A stretch of 62,786 nt of DNA, counting the filler, from Psammoneis japonica (lineage: Eukaryota), in NCBI GenBank assembly GCA_008632985.1. It is 4 parts of 4 records of this genome, joined end to end, with 100 filler letters (N's around TTAATTAATTAA, not from the genome) between each part and the next. Parts side by side here need not be neighbours in the genome. Positions count along the whole stretch, not along the records: positions 1 to 29,074 come from QPGO01000140.1; 3 more parts are not named here. The stretch is one strand, 5' to 3'. Shown here one piece after another: positions 11,229 through 24,320 of the stretch. The position numbers and the translations under genes are program-made. Every line of letters starts with the position of its first letter. The first letter of the stretch is position 1. Under the pieces are notes generated by a model. That model was not told the DNA's origin, made no database searches, and was given only the letters and a program-made list of their open reading frames with translations.

Positions 11229-14200
11229 CGAAGCAATGCAAAACAAGGCCAGAAGAGACACGCAGCAATAAGCAAATGAAAGCCAAGATAGCCATCCAGC
11301 GGTCCAGATTGTGGTTCACAACCGCTCGCACAATAAGCAAGCGTTGTATCGTTGTCAGTTGTCATCACCTTCATGGGCATGATGTGGAGGTTGGAGGCAA
11401 AGAAATCGTAGAGTTCGGAGCTCGTACTGTTCAGAAATGCTGACTGACGTCATTGGGGTTCGCAACAAAAAGCACACAAAATGTGACAGTGAAAAAACCG
11501 TTGGTTTTCCCGCCACATTTTCAAAAATTTGGAAACGGCAAGCCGACACGTCCCGGTAAATCCGCATCACTTCGCTCATTGTTGCACGAAGCACACAAAA
11601 ATCGCCATTTGACTTTTTGAAACACGTCGTCGTCGCGATTGCCATGGTCTCGTCTGTTCTCTGCTCAAGGTGAGACTTGTTCCAGACTTAGGTGCCCTCG
11701 CGCGCGAAAAAATGACCCTTTTCGCATGAAACGCGCGGTCCACACTTGCGGTACCATTTTCGATAGTAAAAACATAACAATTTTCAAATGTGTTGTTATG
11801 GGTACATACAGAAAGGTCTTGTGCGTGTACCCATGTATTCGAAACTGTGGATGGACTCAGTTATTAGTCCCTAAATTGTACCGTAAGTTGAGAGCTCTGT
11901 TTTCCGAGGAGCGATTTATAGATGTCTAAATGTGTGTAGAAACCTATGAAATATTATTCTTATATATAAATAAACCCTCTAACATAACATAATTAATCTT
12001 TGGTTAGAATGCGCGAATCCAACTTTGATTCAACGGATCGAATAAAACATACGTTGATTGATAAGTTTCGGACGACGTGAGAAGAAGGGTAGCTCAGCCC
12101 ACGCAATGGCGTCGACTTCGGACCATTTTTCACTGTTTAAGAGGCATAAACGATTGAGACACTTGAATCCTTCGAATATATTGAGGAAGTATACATGGTA
12201 ATGGCAAAGAAATGGTCCTTAGAGGCAAATTGTGAGTGAATTGAGGCTCAATTGTTGTTGCTGACAGATTTAGTATTATTGTGCCGCGCTGCAACCTGTA
12301 ACAAGCATTTTCACTATTGTTGTTGATGACATAGACTATATCAAATACGGAGGTCCTCGTTATGACATTAAATTTTCCATAAGGCTGAAAAAAGTGGGCC
12401 GTCATGGTCACTGAAAGCCATGGCCGGTTTGGCTGTTTGTTTGTTCGAGTTTTATTCTGTTTATTTTACTTATAAGCAATTAATATGATCAATACAATGA
12501 AATATGTACGATGTTGTATAAAGAATAAAAAATTTTTTTTTCTGCGAAAAGGGGGCATGTGCGCGCCACCTAAGTCTGGAACAAGTCGTGAGTCGATCGT
12601 CTCGTTCTCGTTGCGAATTAGATCTGCTGGAGTCAAGTCATTGAATGTCGTCCGCACACGATTGCCATGTGGACCTGAAGGCTTGGGTCCTTGACGGTTT
12701 TCCTCTGTGTGTTTGATTGCGCATGTCTTTGGAAGTCGGTTCGAGGCGAAATGACGATTGCCTGTCAAAGCAGCCCGTAGTTCCGACGGAGATGCACCAC
12801 GATTGCCAGCAAACTCGCTTCTTGCGTGTGCACTGAATGCTTGTAAACATCCAACACGGCAGTGACCCGGTGCCAACCAACGCACTTTTTAGTGCAACGG
12901 TTGTTCAAGCAGGAACCACATGAGGGCCAGCCCCTGCTTTCTTTTTTGAACGCACGCTGAACGCCTGTTGACATCGTGGACCAAGACGGTGCACTAGACA
13001 CCCCGAAGGGCAGCCTTTTTTGTGAAGGTTGTGAGGTGGTTCAGACCGCTTGAGTTGCTCATTGAGCATCTCACATCTGATCCCCCGCAGGTTCAACACT
13101 CCTGTGGGTCGCCGGCCCGTCATGTCAGCCACATTCTCCACGTCCCACAGCGTTTGAAGATCTGCTTTGTTGCATTTGCGATTGTGACCGTCTAGCTGAG
13201 TCATGCTTTGTAACTCACACTCTTTTTTCAGAATTGATTTCCATCATTTTGAGCAGACGAGTGTGAGTGGAGAAATGCAACAAGAGGAATCTGCACATTT
13301 GTGGTCGCAGCTGCGTTGGCAGTGACATTGAGAGGACTGCGGCATTCTCAAGGCTCATCATTGTGGTCATCTCATGTCAGTTGCAAGAAGACAAAGCGTT
13401 GAGTCGGATCGAAAAGGGTTTTCCTCGGCCTCCTTCGAGCATCTGTCATTCGAGTCACTCGGGTTTGAAACATGCCACCCAACGTGCATCTACCCAGTGT
13501 CTTGATGACGTCCCAGCAGCCGACGACACTCAGATTGACAGGGGTTTTCTCGAGCCCCTCCACCAAGTCGCTCGGAACATGATGCCGGCTGCACATCTAC
13601 CTCCGATCTCCATCAAATCCAAGAAGGATCCGACGTTCTTACGATGCAGGCGCCTCTGACCCTCGGCGGTTGTTGGACTTGACGTTTTCCCCGAGAAACA
13701 TCTCTCTCGCAACACTCTACACACACGAGGCGACTCTCTTGAGCATTGGAAGTTCTTCTCAATGAAATGTTTCCTCGAGAGTCATGTGCAAATGTGCGCC
13801 CCACCGATTTGCTCCATCGCGGTTCACGTGACAGTGGTTCTGTGTTGCAGATGTAGTCGACCCGAGTGTTTTCTCCAAGACACGGCACTGACAAAAATGT
13901 GCTGCTCCTGCGACGACTGGAAGAATGTTTCAGCCAGTCGAATGAAATGCAAACTCCAGCAAACAGCAGTGTCGAGACAACTCCCTGTCATGACGAACCA
14001 CGAAGCAAGCCTTGTGCACTGAGATGCATGAACACCGCCCAACGATGTCGAATCACCCGCGGTCTGCAGCGCCAAGGTGTGCGAAGAGATGTCCAATCGA
14101 CCGAACACCTGGCTTGCCGACAGTGCCTTGGCTTTCTGTGCTGCAGCACACTTGAGAAAGTTGCATCCCTTGCACACCCCCCCATGTTTCATTTTGCAAC

Positions 14201-14799
14201 CACAACATCTGAACTGCAGTGATTGCAGCATTTGCAGTGGAGTGTTCTTGCCGACCCTCACGGGTCATGGGTCCAGGGTTCTCATCCGTTCGTGCTTCAA
14301 CACTCGACTCAATCACGATTCGCCGGCCCGATCAGCTTCAACCCTCAATGCGGCCTGGAGGCCTGCGCTTTGATGCTTTGACGATGGGGTTGCGGGTGTT
14401 CTCGTCCGCCAAGGCAAGAAACACTTTTGTGTCATTATTGCACTTGTGATCTATGTCATGCCAAGACAACCAAGGCTTTTTCACCATGGACACCGCCGCA
14501 AATTGGCACGGCAGCTGACAAACAGAAACATGAGGGATCGGTCTCTCAATGCACGAGGAGTGTCTGCACTGAGGAGAACAGAGATGTTCTGGACGCGTTC
14601 TGTTCAATCAGTCATTCAATGGTCTGCAACTCTCACTCTACTTTCGATCGTGTCCAGAATTGATGTTGTCAATCAGGAAAATGGGCATTTGTTGGATCCA
14701 GAACAAGTTGGCAATGCGGACGATCCGTTTGGCATCACTCTTGCGTGTGCATTGGGCGGCATTTTTGCGCATCGTCATGTGGCTCAGATTTGGGCTGAT

Positions 14800-16072
14800 G
14801 CGAATGCGACAATTGGTGACATGACATTGAGGAGGAGCATCGTCCCATTGACTTTTCTCCTGTGCATCACCGACGAATCGATGATTGCTCTGACAACTGT
14901 GCCGAACGGACGACTCGATTCGACGTGGAGGAGTTGAGAGTGTTGCATGATTTGTTTGAGCTGCCCGACACAGTTCTTGTGCCATGTGCTCATGGGCATC
15001 ATTGCCAATTCACTGGTGAGGAATTGTTTTTGTTTTCCTTGACCAAGGTGGCACTTGGACTCGACAACACCGTGTTGGTGGATGACTGCTTTGGAGGCAG
15101 GGATTTGACTCGGTGGTCGCATGGATGCAGGTGGTTTTTGATGCATCTTGATGACAGATGTGCTCCTGTCATTGGACAAGAAGCACTTCAGAGATGGGTT
15201 GATGATTTTCCATTGTTCGCCAGAGCAACAGAGCACAAGCTGAAGCAACGGGCTGCTTGGACTGACCCAGATGCCAATCAAGCACACAACGTCCCCGGTC
15301 TTGTTCATCCACCAGGGGAATTCAACATCATGGGCTTTATGGATTGTTCAATTTTTGAAACAAACACTCCTGGAACAGGGCCAGCTGATGACTGGGTAGA
15401 TGCTCCTCGGTGCCCCGACTCGGACGACATTCAGCGATCTGTTCACACAGGCTGCAAACACGTTCACGGAATTGAGATGTCATCCACAGTCTTTCCAAAT
15501 GGCTTGTGCATTGCATGGGGTCCCACTTCAGCTCGCAGGCAAGCACAAAGTTGTCAGTTCTGTGCTGCAATTGTTTGTCATGTCAAACACAGGCACTCGT
15601 CGATTTGCGTTCGATTTTTGAGTTTCCCAGAGCTGACACCGATTTGCAGTGCTTGTCTGCCGTGAACCAGCACTTGGCAGACATGCAACAAGGACACTTT
15701 CAAGATGGCATGCTGTGTGCGGTGCACACAGACCGGGGATTTGCTCAACAACAATGTGCACTCCACGCACATCAACCTGGCCACAACGGGGTGCCGCCGC
15801 TCACGCCCATGCAAATGCTCGAAAATTGTCGGCTCAAGGTGGTGCGCATCACTGTGGAGTGGAGCTGTGGCATTGTGTCAAATGTGTTTCGTACATGCAG
15901 GACATTCTGCCCTTTCAAGCTTTGCCATGAAAGCCCGCATGCTTGCGAGCAGCTTCATGTGTCTTTTCCACTGACAAACTGCCACACGTGCTTTCATCAC
16001 AACCAGATTGGAGCGATCGGCACTTTTGGTGTTGATCCTCCATCAATTCAAAACTGCTTGAATTTACATTAG
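14800..16072 (+). pseudogene. Harbinger/DDE_Tnp_4-like transposase, frameshifted and hypermutated
   Basis: Motifs FTGEELFLFSL, GFMDCS, QRSV[Y>H]TG[Y>C]KHVHG, FPNG, V[Y>H]TDRGF, RITVEWS[Y>C]G and LTNCHTCF spread over two frames (intron or frameshift near 15540-15660). Confidence 0.75.
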
Positions 16073-16168
16073 ATGCAATGCAAACTTGGCATAGAATGCA
16101 GCTTCTTGCATCTTCACGTCACAGATCTCCTGGCACTTCTGTTGCCTGAAAACACACTCTAGCAACTT

Positions 16169-17200
16169 GGCGCGCAACTGCGTTCGTTTGGACATGTGAA
16201 AGAGAATTCTGATCTGCTCAAGGCATGGAAACAAAAATGCTGCCATTAGAAAGCACTCGTTCTGAAGATGGCATTGACACTGTTTGTTGTTGCAAAACTC
16301 CAATTGCTTCTGGAGTGACGCCCAGTTCATCAAAACGCACCATCAATTTGGCGTGCAATTGCGGTGTCGTTTGGATGTATAAAAGACCATTCTGATCTGC
16401 TCAAGATGTGGAAACAAAAATGCTGCCATTAAAAAGCACTCATTCTGTAGATGTCATTGACACTGTTTGTCATTGCAAAACTCCCATTAATTCTGGAGCA
16501 ACACCCAGTTGATGAAAACGCACCAGGAATTTGGCGCGCAATTGCGGTGTCGTTTGGACACACACAAAAGACTGTTCTGATCTGCTCAAGGTGTGGAAAC
16601 AAAAATGCCACCACAAGAAAGTACTCGTTCTGTAGATGTCATCAACACTGTTTGTTGTTGCAAAACTCCCATTGCTTCTGGAGTGACGCCTGCCGGCAGT
16701 TGATGAAAACGGACTCTAGGAATTTTTGGCGCGCAACTGCGGTGTCGTTTGGATGTGCAAAACAGAATTCTGATCTGCTTCAGGCATGGAAACAAAAACA
16801 CTGCCATTGGAAAGCACTCGTTCTGCAGATGTCATTGACGCTGTTCATTGTTGCAAAACTCCCATCAATTCTGGAGCAATGCCTGCCGGCAGTTAATGAA
16901 AACGGGCTGGGAATTTTTGGCGTGCAATTGCGGTGTCATTTGGACACACAAAACAGAATTCTGATCTGCTCAAGGCATGGAAACAAAAATGCCACCATTG
17001 GAAAGCACTTGTTCTGCAGATGGCATCAACACTGTTTGTTGTTGCAAAACTCCCATCACTTCTGGAGCAACGCCTGCCGGCAGTTCATGAAAACGGACTG
17101 GGAATTTTTGGCGCACAATTTTGCGGCGGCGTTCGGATGTGCACAACAGAGTTCTGATCTGCTCAAGTTGTGGAAACAAAAATGCTGCCATTGGAAAGTG
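16169..17200 (+). repeat. Tandem array, ~180-195 bp unit, ~5.5 copies
   Basis: Units start GGCGYGCAAYTGCG at ~16169, 16350, 16533, 16728, 16919 and 17110; each contains TTCTGATCTGCTCAAG and GGAAACAAAAATGC. Confidence 0.95.
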
Positions 17201-17254
17201 CTCGGCGACATGAAACATGCATCCCAATTTATGCCAAGCACAGCCTGATCTTTT

Positions 17255-18424
17255 TCAGGCCTGATCTTTAAAACACTCGTCTTGCAGCTGCTTGCAATGC
17301 TCTTGAAACCTTGAGACGTCGAGACCCGCACCCCTGCCCTGCGAGATCATTGTTGCTGCGGACGCCATTGTGCCCAACTGAAGCTTCCTCTTCTTGCGCT
17401 TGTTGAGTTCTCCAATCTCCTCCCTGGATGGGAGGAAAGCCTTGATGTCACTCAAGACTTTGTCTGCCTTCTCTTGGGTTTTTTTCCAAATCCAGCACAC
17501 CGTCCTTCGACCTGGGCTCCCCCCGCACTTTTCCATCAGGTCTCTCAGAGGGAGTGACAGCAATGCTTGGGACTGGACGCTTCTTGCTGAATGGTTTTGG
17601 AGGTGTGAGTTTGAGTTTGGCTTCGCTTGAAGCATTCGCAGCAGCCACTTCCTCCTTCCTTGCCGTCGCTTCTGACCTGGATTCTTCGTCCTTTTCTGTC
17701 AGATCTTTCTGCTCCTTCCACATGGCCAATGCAGAGATCTCACAAGGGGTGCGATGCCCTTCCTCCTTGTTTAAAGCGTGCTCAGCCAACGTGTCCACAA
17801 TGCCCCAGCATTTTTGTTGAAAAGTGCGATGCGCAAACTCACCAGTTGGCTTGAAACAGCCGCGCGAGCAGGGCCATCAGGTCCATCGTAGAACTCGCCC
17901 AGAACTGGCTGCCAGACTGACTTGGTGGTCGCATCTTTCGAAATGTGCTTGATGTGTAGATGTGCTTTCTTTGTTTGCATGACAAAGAGCAATTCGCACA
18001 ACAAGCTCTCGTTCTCGGGTTGCAGCAACTTTGGAAGCTTTGGCTTTTTTGTCACTCCTTTCTCCTCGTTGATCAAGTCAACTGTTGCATCCTCTGTAAG
18101 ATCAATTGAGAGATTCGTGATTTCCATGAGAGCTGCTTCTTCCCCATCCAAAGTCATAGAAGGGGCTGGCCCGGACGCAGAAATGACGCTGGCACCGGGG
18201 GTCGACTGTCCTGCTCCATTGTTTGTGCCAGAACCACCAGATCTGGAAGCTTTCTTCAACTCTTCCAAAGCCCATGCAAACTTGTGATGCTGTGGGTGTT
18301 CAGAAGACATGATGATGTGCTGCATGGATGCTATGGCTTGATTGTGATGCTCGTCGTGACGATCAATTGATGTGTTTATTGTTGCGATAGCGGGCGCGTT
18401 TCGCTTTCGTTGCGGAGTTCTCAT
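17255..18424 (-). pseudogene. Second (accessory) ORF of the Harbinger-like element, fragmented
   Basis: Charged low-complexity protein over three frames (17771-18424, 17448-17798, 17255-17635), convergent on the transposase. PIF/Harbinger elements typically carry a second DNA-binding ORF; no clear Myb motif seen. Confidence 0.4.
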
Positions 18425-18805
18425 TCCACCTGAAAGCGTTTCGCTACGTCAAAAATGCGTAGAATTTGAACCAGAGGGAATGAATCCTCTTACAGGTAAA
18501 ACGGGTTATGATTCACCCCTGAACCTGTAAGAGGGAGCGTTTTCTGAGGGTTCGCATGGCTCCTTACAGGTCGGGTGACGTCAGGTGGCGCTAAGATATT
18601 CGCACGGTGACGCACGGTGACGTCCCAGTTCAAGAAACCCGGAAAAGATGTTCCCTCGAGGGTCGGTAAGAACACATTCGATGACAACCGTCACAATTTC
18701 ACTCCGACAACATGTTGAGTCTTGGACCTCTTTTTCATTCACGCTGCGTACCCTACCTCATCCACCAACGTAACAAAAAAGAACATATCGGAAATTGACA
18801 TACAG

Positions 18806-20940
18806 ATGGGAATTCCTGCCGCTGAAATCGACCCGTCGGAATCGACATCGGAAGCACCGTCCGAGGACACATGGGAAGTAAAACACGACCCTTTCTTTGC
18901 GTTCATTCCCCAGCTTGCGAGATGGGGCACTTGCATCATTGGAGGTGAGCTCAATTCAGCAAAGAGCGCAGTGATTGGCTTTCCGACGTGGTACAAGGGA
19001 TACTTGCTGGACACGTATGACTTCTACAAGGCCAAGCCTCGGGTGTTGAACAAGGAGCTGATTTCTGGTTTTACAGTAGCATTATGCAAGTTCCAGAATC
19101 GATCGCTTTTTCGTTTGTCGCTGGTGTCCCACCTGTTTCGGGAATGCATGCAACGTTCTGGATGGCCACTATCACTGGTGTCTTTGGAGGAAAACCGGGA
19201 ATGATTTCAGGCGCCGCTGGAGCTCTCGCGGTTGTGGTAGCGGACTTGACGGCTGATGATGGTGTTTTGGACTATCTTGACAAAAGTGAACGACTGAGCG
19301 TACTCTATATGACAATGTTTGTCTGCGGCCTTATGCAGATAGCATTTGCAGTTTTGCGTCTTGCCAAATTGGTTCGACTTATTCCAGAGACAGGCATGAT
19401 TGGTTTTATGAATGGATTGGCCATAATCATTTTCATGGCACAACTGCCGGCCTTTCAATATTGTCCAAACCAAACTCTATTTGTTGAATGTACTGTTGAC
19501 GAGCGTAAATGGCTTACCTTTCAAGAGAATACGTTGATCTTGGTTCTTACATTGGCTCACGTCTTTGGCTGCATGTTGATAATGAAATTCTTCTCCAAAA
19601 TTCCAAAGATTGGTAAGGTCTTCCCTCCATCACTGATTGCCCTTCTGATGGGTACTTTGATTGAGCATACGCTTTTTCGAAAGACGTTTGGTGTTGCGAC
19701 CCGAACCGTTGAAGAGACTGCGCCGGTAAATGGTGACTTTCCCTCTTTCAACTGGCCTGATATTCCCACCGATTCCAACACTATTAGCGTGATGTTTCAA
19801 TTTGCGATTACGCTCGCTTCGAGTGAGTATAGTTGTTGGGTGCTTTCGCATGGCTCTTTTCCATGCATGCCTTTCATTTTGCTAACTATGAGCACCCATT
19901 GTCATATTCTTCTCAGTTGGTGCCGTTGAATCTGTGTTGACCCTCCAAGCTTGCAACGAAATCACCGACACGGTACCAAGATCAGGGATTCTAACCAAGA
20001 ACTGTTTGCTCAAGGTCTAGCAAATACCGTCTGTGGGCTCTTCAGTGCTATGGGAGGAGATGCCATGATTGGACAGTCAACCATCAATATTATGAATGGA
20101 GCACGGCGCCGTGTGTCATCTACAATGTCGGGTGTCTTCATGTTGTTATTTGTCGTCGCACTCAGTCCCCTCATCGACTTACCTCCCGTCGCCACTCTGA
20201 CTGGTGTTCTTTTTATGGTAGTGCTTTCAACGTTTCAATGGAAGACGTTTATGATTTTGCGTTATGGGCGATTGTCTGACAGCTGCGCGATTCTGTTGGT
20301 GACATTGCTGGCCATATTTTTCAATCTCGCCATTGCGATCGTTGCCGGGATTCTTTTTTCAGCATTAGTTCATGCTTGGGATTCGGGAAATCTAGTTGAT
20401 GCAGTTACTGTTTACAAGAGAATGATTGTCAATGGCGAAGTTACCGATGTCAAATTTGTTCGCATTCAGGGCGCTATCTTCTTTGGGTCGTCTCGGAAGT
20501 TTATCAACCTCTTTAACGTCAAAGAAGATCCTCCAACCATAATTATCGACTTCGAGAATGCACTTGTGATTGACCACAGCGCTGTTGCTGCAATCCAAGG
20601 CATAACGCACCGTTTCGCAAAAGTTGGGAAACGAGTTCTACTGACGAATCTCCCCAAGAAGTCACACCGCCGAATGCAAAGAACGGGAGATCATGATATG
20701 CTCAGGGAGCAAGTGACAGACTCGTCTCATTTTCAGAATGTTGATATTGAGACAGACACAATACCGGAAGAATCATCTTCGTCCGAACAAACTAAACACA
20801 CCGACGACGCGGACAGCGAAACGGAGTATGAGTTTTCGATTCAAGATTTGCCAATGTTTCAGAAACCCGTTGAGGGCGTTGATACGGAGCTTGCTAAACT
20901 TGCCTATAATCAGGGCCAAGTTAGCATCCACGAGACATAA
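18806..20940 (+). CDS. SulP/SLC26 anion (sulfate/bicarbonate) transporter with STAS domain
   Basis: Motifs QVPESIAFS, GGKPGMISGAAGA, GFMNGLAIIIF, NQELFAQGLAN, MGGDAMIGQS, GAIFFGS and IDHSAV. Intron 19823-19916. Apparent 1-nt deletions at ~19083 and ~19978, both in short A runs. Confidence 0.92.
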
Positions 20941-21212
20941 AAGGACTCGTGAAGTGAACTACACAGATACGCAGGGTGCTCTTTCAGAACGTACCACTTA
21001 GACTTACATTAATAAACGAGCTCTTCTATCGTAGCCAAAGCCACTAGCTATCCATCGCAAAACTGTGCTCCTGCAATAGCGGCTAACATCCCCATCATCG
21101 GCGCGCTGTCGCTAGACCTGAGAACAACTGTGTTGTTTCTGACTGTCTCTTCTTCTTAATACTATTAGGTTCCTTTGTTTTGCGAACCCACGTGTCAATC
21201 AATCAGCTTCTT

Positions 21213-22433
21213 TCAAGGAGGCAATCCCGTGATCCCAAACAACGCTGGACCCAAGCCGCTCATTTCCAAGCACATGAGGACACACTCAAACGTAATCAAA
21301 ACAAGAATGGCCCATTCCAACGAATTGGATTTCTGGCTGTGGAGAATTTCCAAAAAGAACTTTGCATTTTGCTGAATCAAATCAAGCTTGAATTCAATGT
21401 TCTTGAAGCGATCATCAATCTCGAACTCGTCCTTTAATCCCTCATGTACTCGCTCATACTGACTCAAATTCCAAGCCAAATCCGATCGATCCTTTATTCC
21501 CAGTTTGCTCACCATGTCGATAAAGATACTGTTGTTCATACTGACTACTTGAAACAGGGCAGTCTTCTCTACATCGAAACTCTTGCCCCGCTGTGTAACG
21601 TTGGAATTGATCGTGGAGAAGTTTGCAAGCAATTCATCCACCGTATCACTATAGGAATCCAGTGCAACCGTTTGACCCATAATGGAGGCAATTACAGCTA
21701 CACCATCCATATTCAACGAATCAACGATACAGTAATCCCCATTGACAACGTGAGCAACCTCCTGTAGTTGCGGATAGATAACAACTTCAAAATGTTCCTT
21801 GCGTTCAAACCCAGCAGAGACTGGCTTGGTTGCCCCTACACGCTTGATCTGTTCCAATAGCTTCCCGGCCTCACGCGGTGGCACATTGAAAAGTACGACT
21901 GAACCAAATCGAAAAATGGCGACAAACCTTCGTGCCATGCTGTCATCGATCTCTTGTGAGATAGGAGGTAACTCGACGAACACACCAGACTTGCCAAACA
22001 TGTGCCGTGTTGAATGTCCAAAAACATGCGATAGGACCTTGACGACGTCCATGGTTTGTGCCGCGTGGACAGCCTTGACTCGAATCGAACGAGAATTCTT
22101 GGGACGTGCCAGTAGTTCTTCCCGGGCGTTTCGTGTTTTGCGACGTTTGGTACGTCTGTTCATCCGATGTGGCCCTTCTGGGAGTTGAAGTTTATCATTT
22201 TCAACACCAAGACTTTTCAAAGTTGGTTTGTTGCTATTGATGTGGGGTTCGTTCTCAATCAACCCATGGGGACGAATGCCGCCGCTGAACAAAGGATTGG
22301 AGCTGTTTAGTCCTCCAAAAAGTGAGGCAAAGGTTCGACAAGGATTGCTTGCGCCGCTGTCTAACAGAGACGAAGAAGCAATCGTCCTAGTTACAAAACT
22401 TCTTCCTCTAGTTCGAAAGGTCGAAGATATCAT
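21213..22433 (-). CDS. RMD1/YagE (DUF155) family protein, probably mitochondrial
   Basis: AIFRFGSVVLFN, MGQTVALD, EFEIDDRF, KLDLI and SNSLEWAILVLI; Ser/Arg-rich N-terminus. Confidence 0.88.
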   Translation of the reverse strand: MISSTFRTRGRSFVTRTIASSSLLDSGASNPCRTFASLFGGLNSSNPLFSGGIRPHGLIENEPHINSNKPTLKSLGVENDKLQLPEGPHRMNRRTKRRKTRNAREELLARPKNSRSIRVKAVHAAQTMDVVKVLSHVFGHSTRHMFGKSGVFVELPPISQEIDDSMARRFVAIFRFGSVVLFNVPPREAGKLLEQIKRVGATKPVSAGFERKEHFEVVIYPQLQEVAHVVNGDYCIVDSLNMDGVAVIASIMGQTVALDSYSDTVDELLANFSTINSNVTQRGKSFDVEKTALFQVVSMNNSIFIDMVSKLGIKDRSDLAWNLSQYERVHEGLKDEFEIDDRFKNIEFKLDLIQQNAKFFLEILHSQKSNSLEWAILVLITFECVLMCLEMSGLGPALFGITGLPP

Positions 22434-22762
22434 TGTAACAACGATACCCACTCCTCTTTTTGTGGATGGTTATTGATGCGCCGTGTCCCGTGTCGTCAAG
22501 TAGTGTCAAGTGTTGTGAATGGATGATGAATGCTGATGGTCGGCGCGCGGTCGCTTTGCTCCGCGCAGAGCGCGTGTGTGGTAGTGGCGCGGGACTGCTT
22601 GTGACGTGGCACCTTTTCAAAATTTCAATGCAAATGTGCCGCTGTACGACGTATTCAGAACGATTCTTGAGCTTCTGGAGACAGAACTTTTTTTTGCTCC
22701 ATAAAAAGAGGATTATATGATGAAAAATTGAAATACGTGGCACACTGGCGATGGTTGCTGGC

Positions 22763-22834
22763 GGGGAATTGGCACAGTGGTAGCGCGTTCGCTTTGCATG
22801 CGAAAGGTCCAGGGTTCAATCCCCTGATTCTCCA
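22763..22834 (+). tRNA. tRNA-Ala(UGC), possibly a damaged copy
   Basis: Acceptor GGGGAAT/ATTCTCC; anticodon arm TTCGC-TT TGC AT-GCGAA; T arm CAGGG-TTCAATC-CCCTG; oligo-T downstream. Position 9 is G and the D stem has a mismatch. Confidence 0.88.
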
Positions 22835-22839
22835 TGTTT

Positions 22840-24320
22840 TTGCTTTGGCTGCTGTGACCAAGTGGGGTTGACCCGAGCGACACGCACCTTTGTTCCCACA
22901 TCTTTTCGCTTGTTTTGTTGTGGCTCCAGTGGAGGAGACATTTTGAAACAGCCCAAATGCAGGGGACCCTGTGCCAGCTGTCTGCCCAGCAGCACCCACT
23001 GCAAACAGCTCTTGGCTGGGCAGCCATCCAAGAATGTCTCTCACTCCTCCAACCTCTGCTGCTGCTGTGACAGTGGAGAGATTGGAGGCTTGATGTTGTT
23101 TTCAGCTGTTGCAGGATGAAGGAGGTCGGCATCTCCTTTGAGTGACAACAGACAAGGTCCTTTGGTGTTTTGGAGCGAAGTGAGATCTGGCCAGCTGCAG
23201 AGAGCTTTTTGTCCCCACCCACAAATGCGGCGTTGGTGTGGAGGGACGGACACAGTTGTGGGCATTTGACAAGCAGAAGTGGGTGCAAAGTTGTGCTTGT
23301 CAAAGACACCAGAACAGGCTCAGGCATGCCATTGAAAAGAGAAAAAGTGCAAGTGTCGCAAGCCTTGTTTGGATCAGCCCACATCGCTTTGCTCCTCTTT
23401 TCTGTGTGGGGCTCATGTGTGCTGGTGGGTTGCTTGTGGGTGAAAGGGCAAAGACAATGCTTTGCATGATGGCAGCATGGCCAGCAGACAAATGGCAACA
23501 GCCACACATGGAAGTGCGCAGCTTTGGCAATGTGGTGATGAGCACCACAATGGCGAGGGCAATCATCGTTGCCTGGGGATGGCAAGTCACATCTTCTCAG
23601 ACATGTCAGGGAAGCCATCCCAAGCAGGAAGATGGCACTGGTCCATCTCTCTGCAAGTGCCAGATCAAGCTGCAAATGACAGCAGATTTTGCACATTGAG
23701 ATGGAGCGTCAAAGCTCTGTCTCATGATGCCAACTTTGTCAGCCCTCCAACGATGGCCAAAACCTGATCACATGACAGTGGACACGTGGCACTGGAATCC
23801 ATTTAAATCTGTGCTCCCAAAACCCAGTTTCCCTTTCTCCCCTCAGAGCCAGTGACCAGCATTGAAGTGCAAGCCAGAATTGATTGGCTGCATCATTTGC
23901 AAGAACCCAGCAAACTGGAGCTGGAAATTTTCATGTTGCAGCATTTCCACAGCTGCCAGCAAGCCAAACTCCACAGCAGTTTCTTTTCTTAGCATTCTTG
24001 CAACCACCCTCATTGTTTCTAAAAACACACATCAACAGATGCTGGTGCTTGGCTCTTCATTGTTGGACCCAAACAACTGCGGTGCTGCTGCAGCATTTCT
24101 CTTGATTGAAGCTGACCCAGTTTAGTTTGAAGAACAGTGTGATTCCTTGTTCTAAAGCACACTGCAACAGTGGATTGCTGCAAGGATCCCCTCTGGATTC
24201 AGACCAGTGTATGTTTTCCACAACACTGGAATTTTGGTCATCATTGCCATTCATGCAACACCAGTGTGGAACCCATGTCGGTGCCTGCCGTTCACGCGTG
24301 CTTGTGGCCAGCATCAGATG
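22840..24320. other. TpA-free degenerate block of unknown origin
   Basis: No TA dinucleotide read between 22783 and 23803; Cys/His-rich open frames on both strands; no family recognised. Confidence 0.7.

Larger units (their letters stand above)
12563..18591. mobile_element. Degenerate PIF/Harbinger-like DNA transposon region
   Basis: TpA-poor block with a DDE_Tnp_4-like nuclease (+), a tandem array and a convergent second ORF (-). Possible short terminal inverted match GCGCCACCT (12563) / AGGTGGCGC (18583-18591) followed by TAA. Ends tentative; 12600-14450 may be a separate decayed gene. Confidence 0.55.

Noticed and set aside
12087..12125. GGGTAGCTCAG as a tRNA start
   Set aside because: No T arm, anticodon arm or acceptor pairing follows.
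16169..17200. Tandem array as a CRISPR array
   Set aside because: Whole units are homologous with no unique spacers, no cas genes are present, and the context is eukaryotic.
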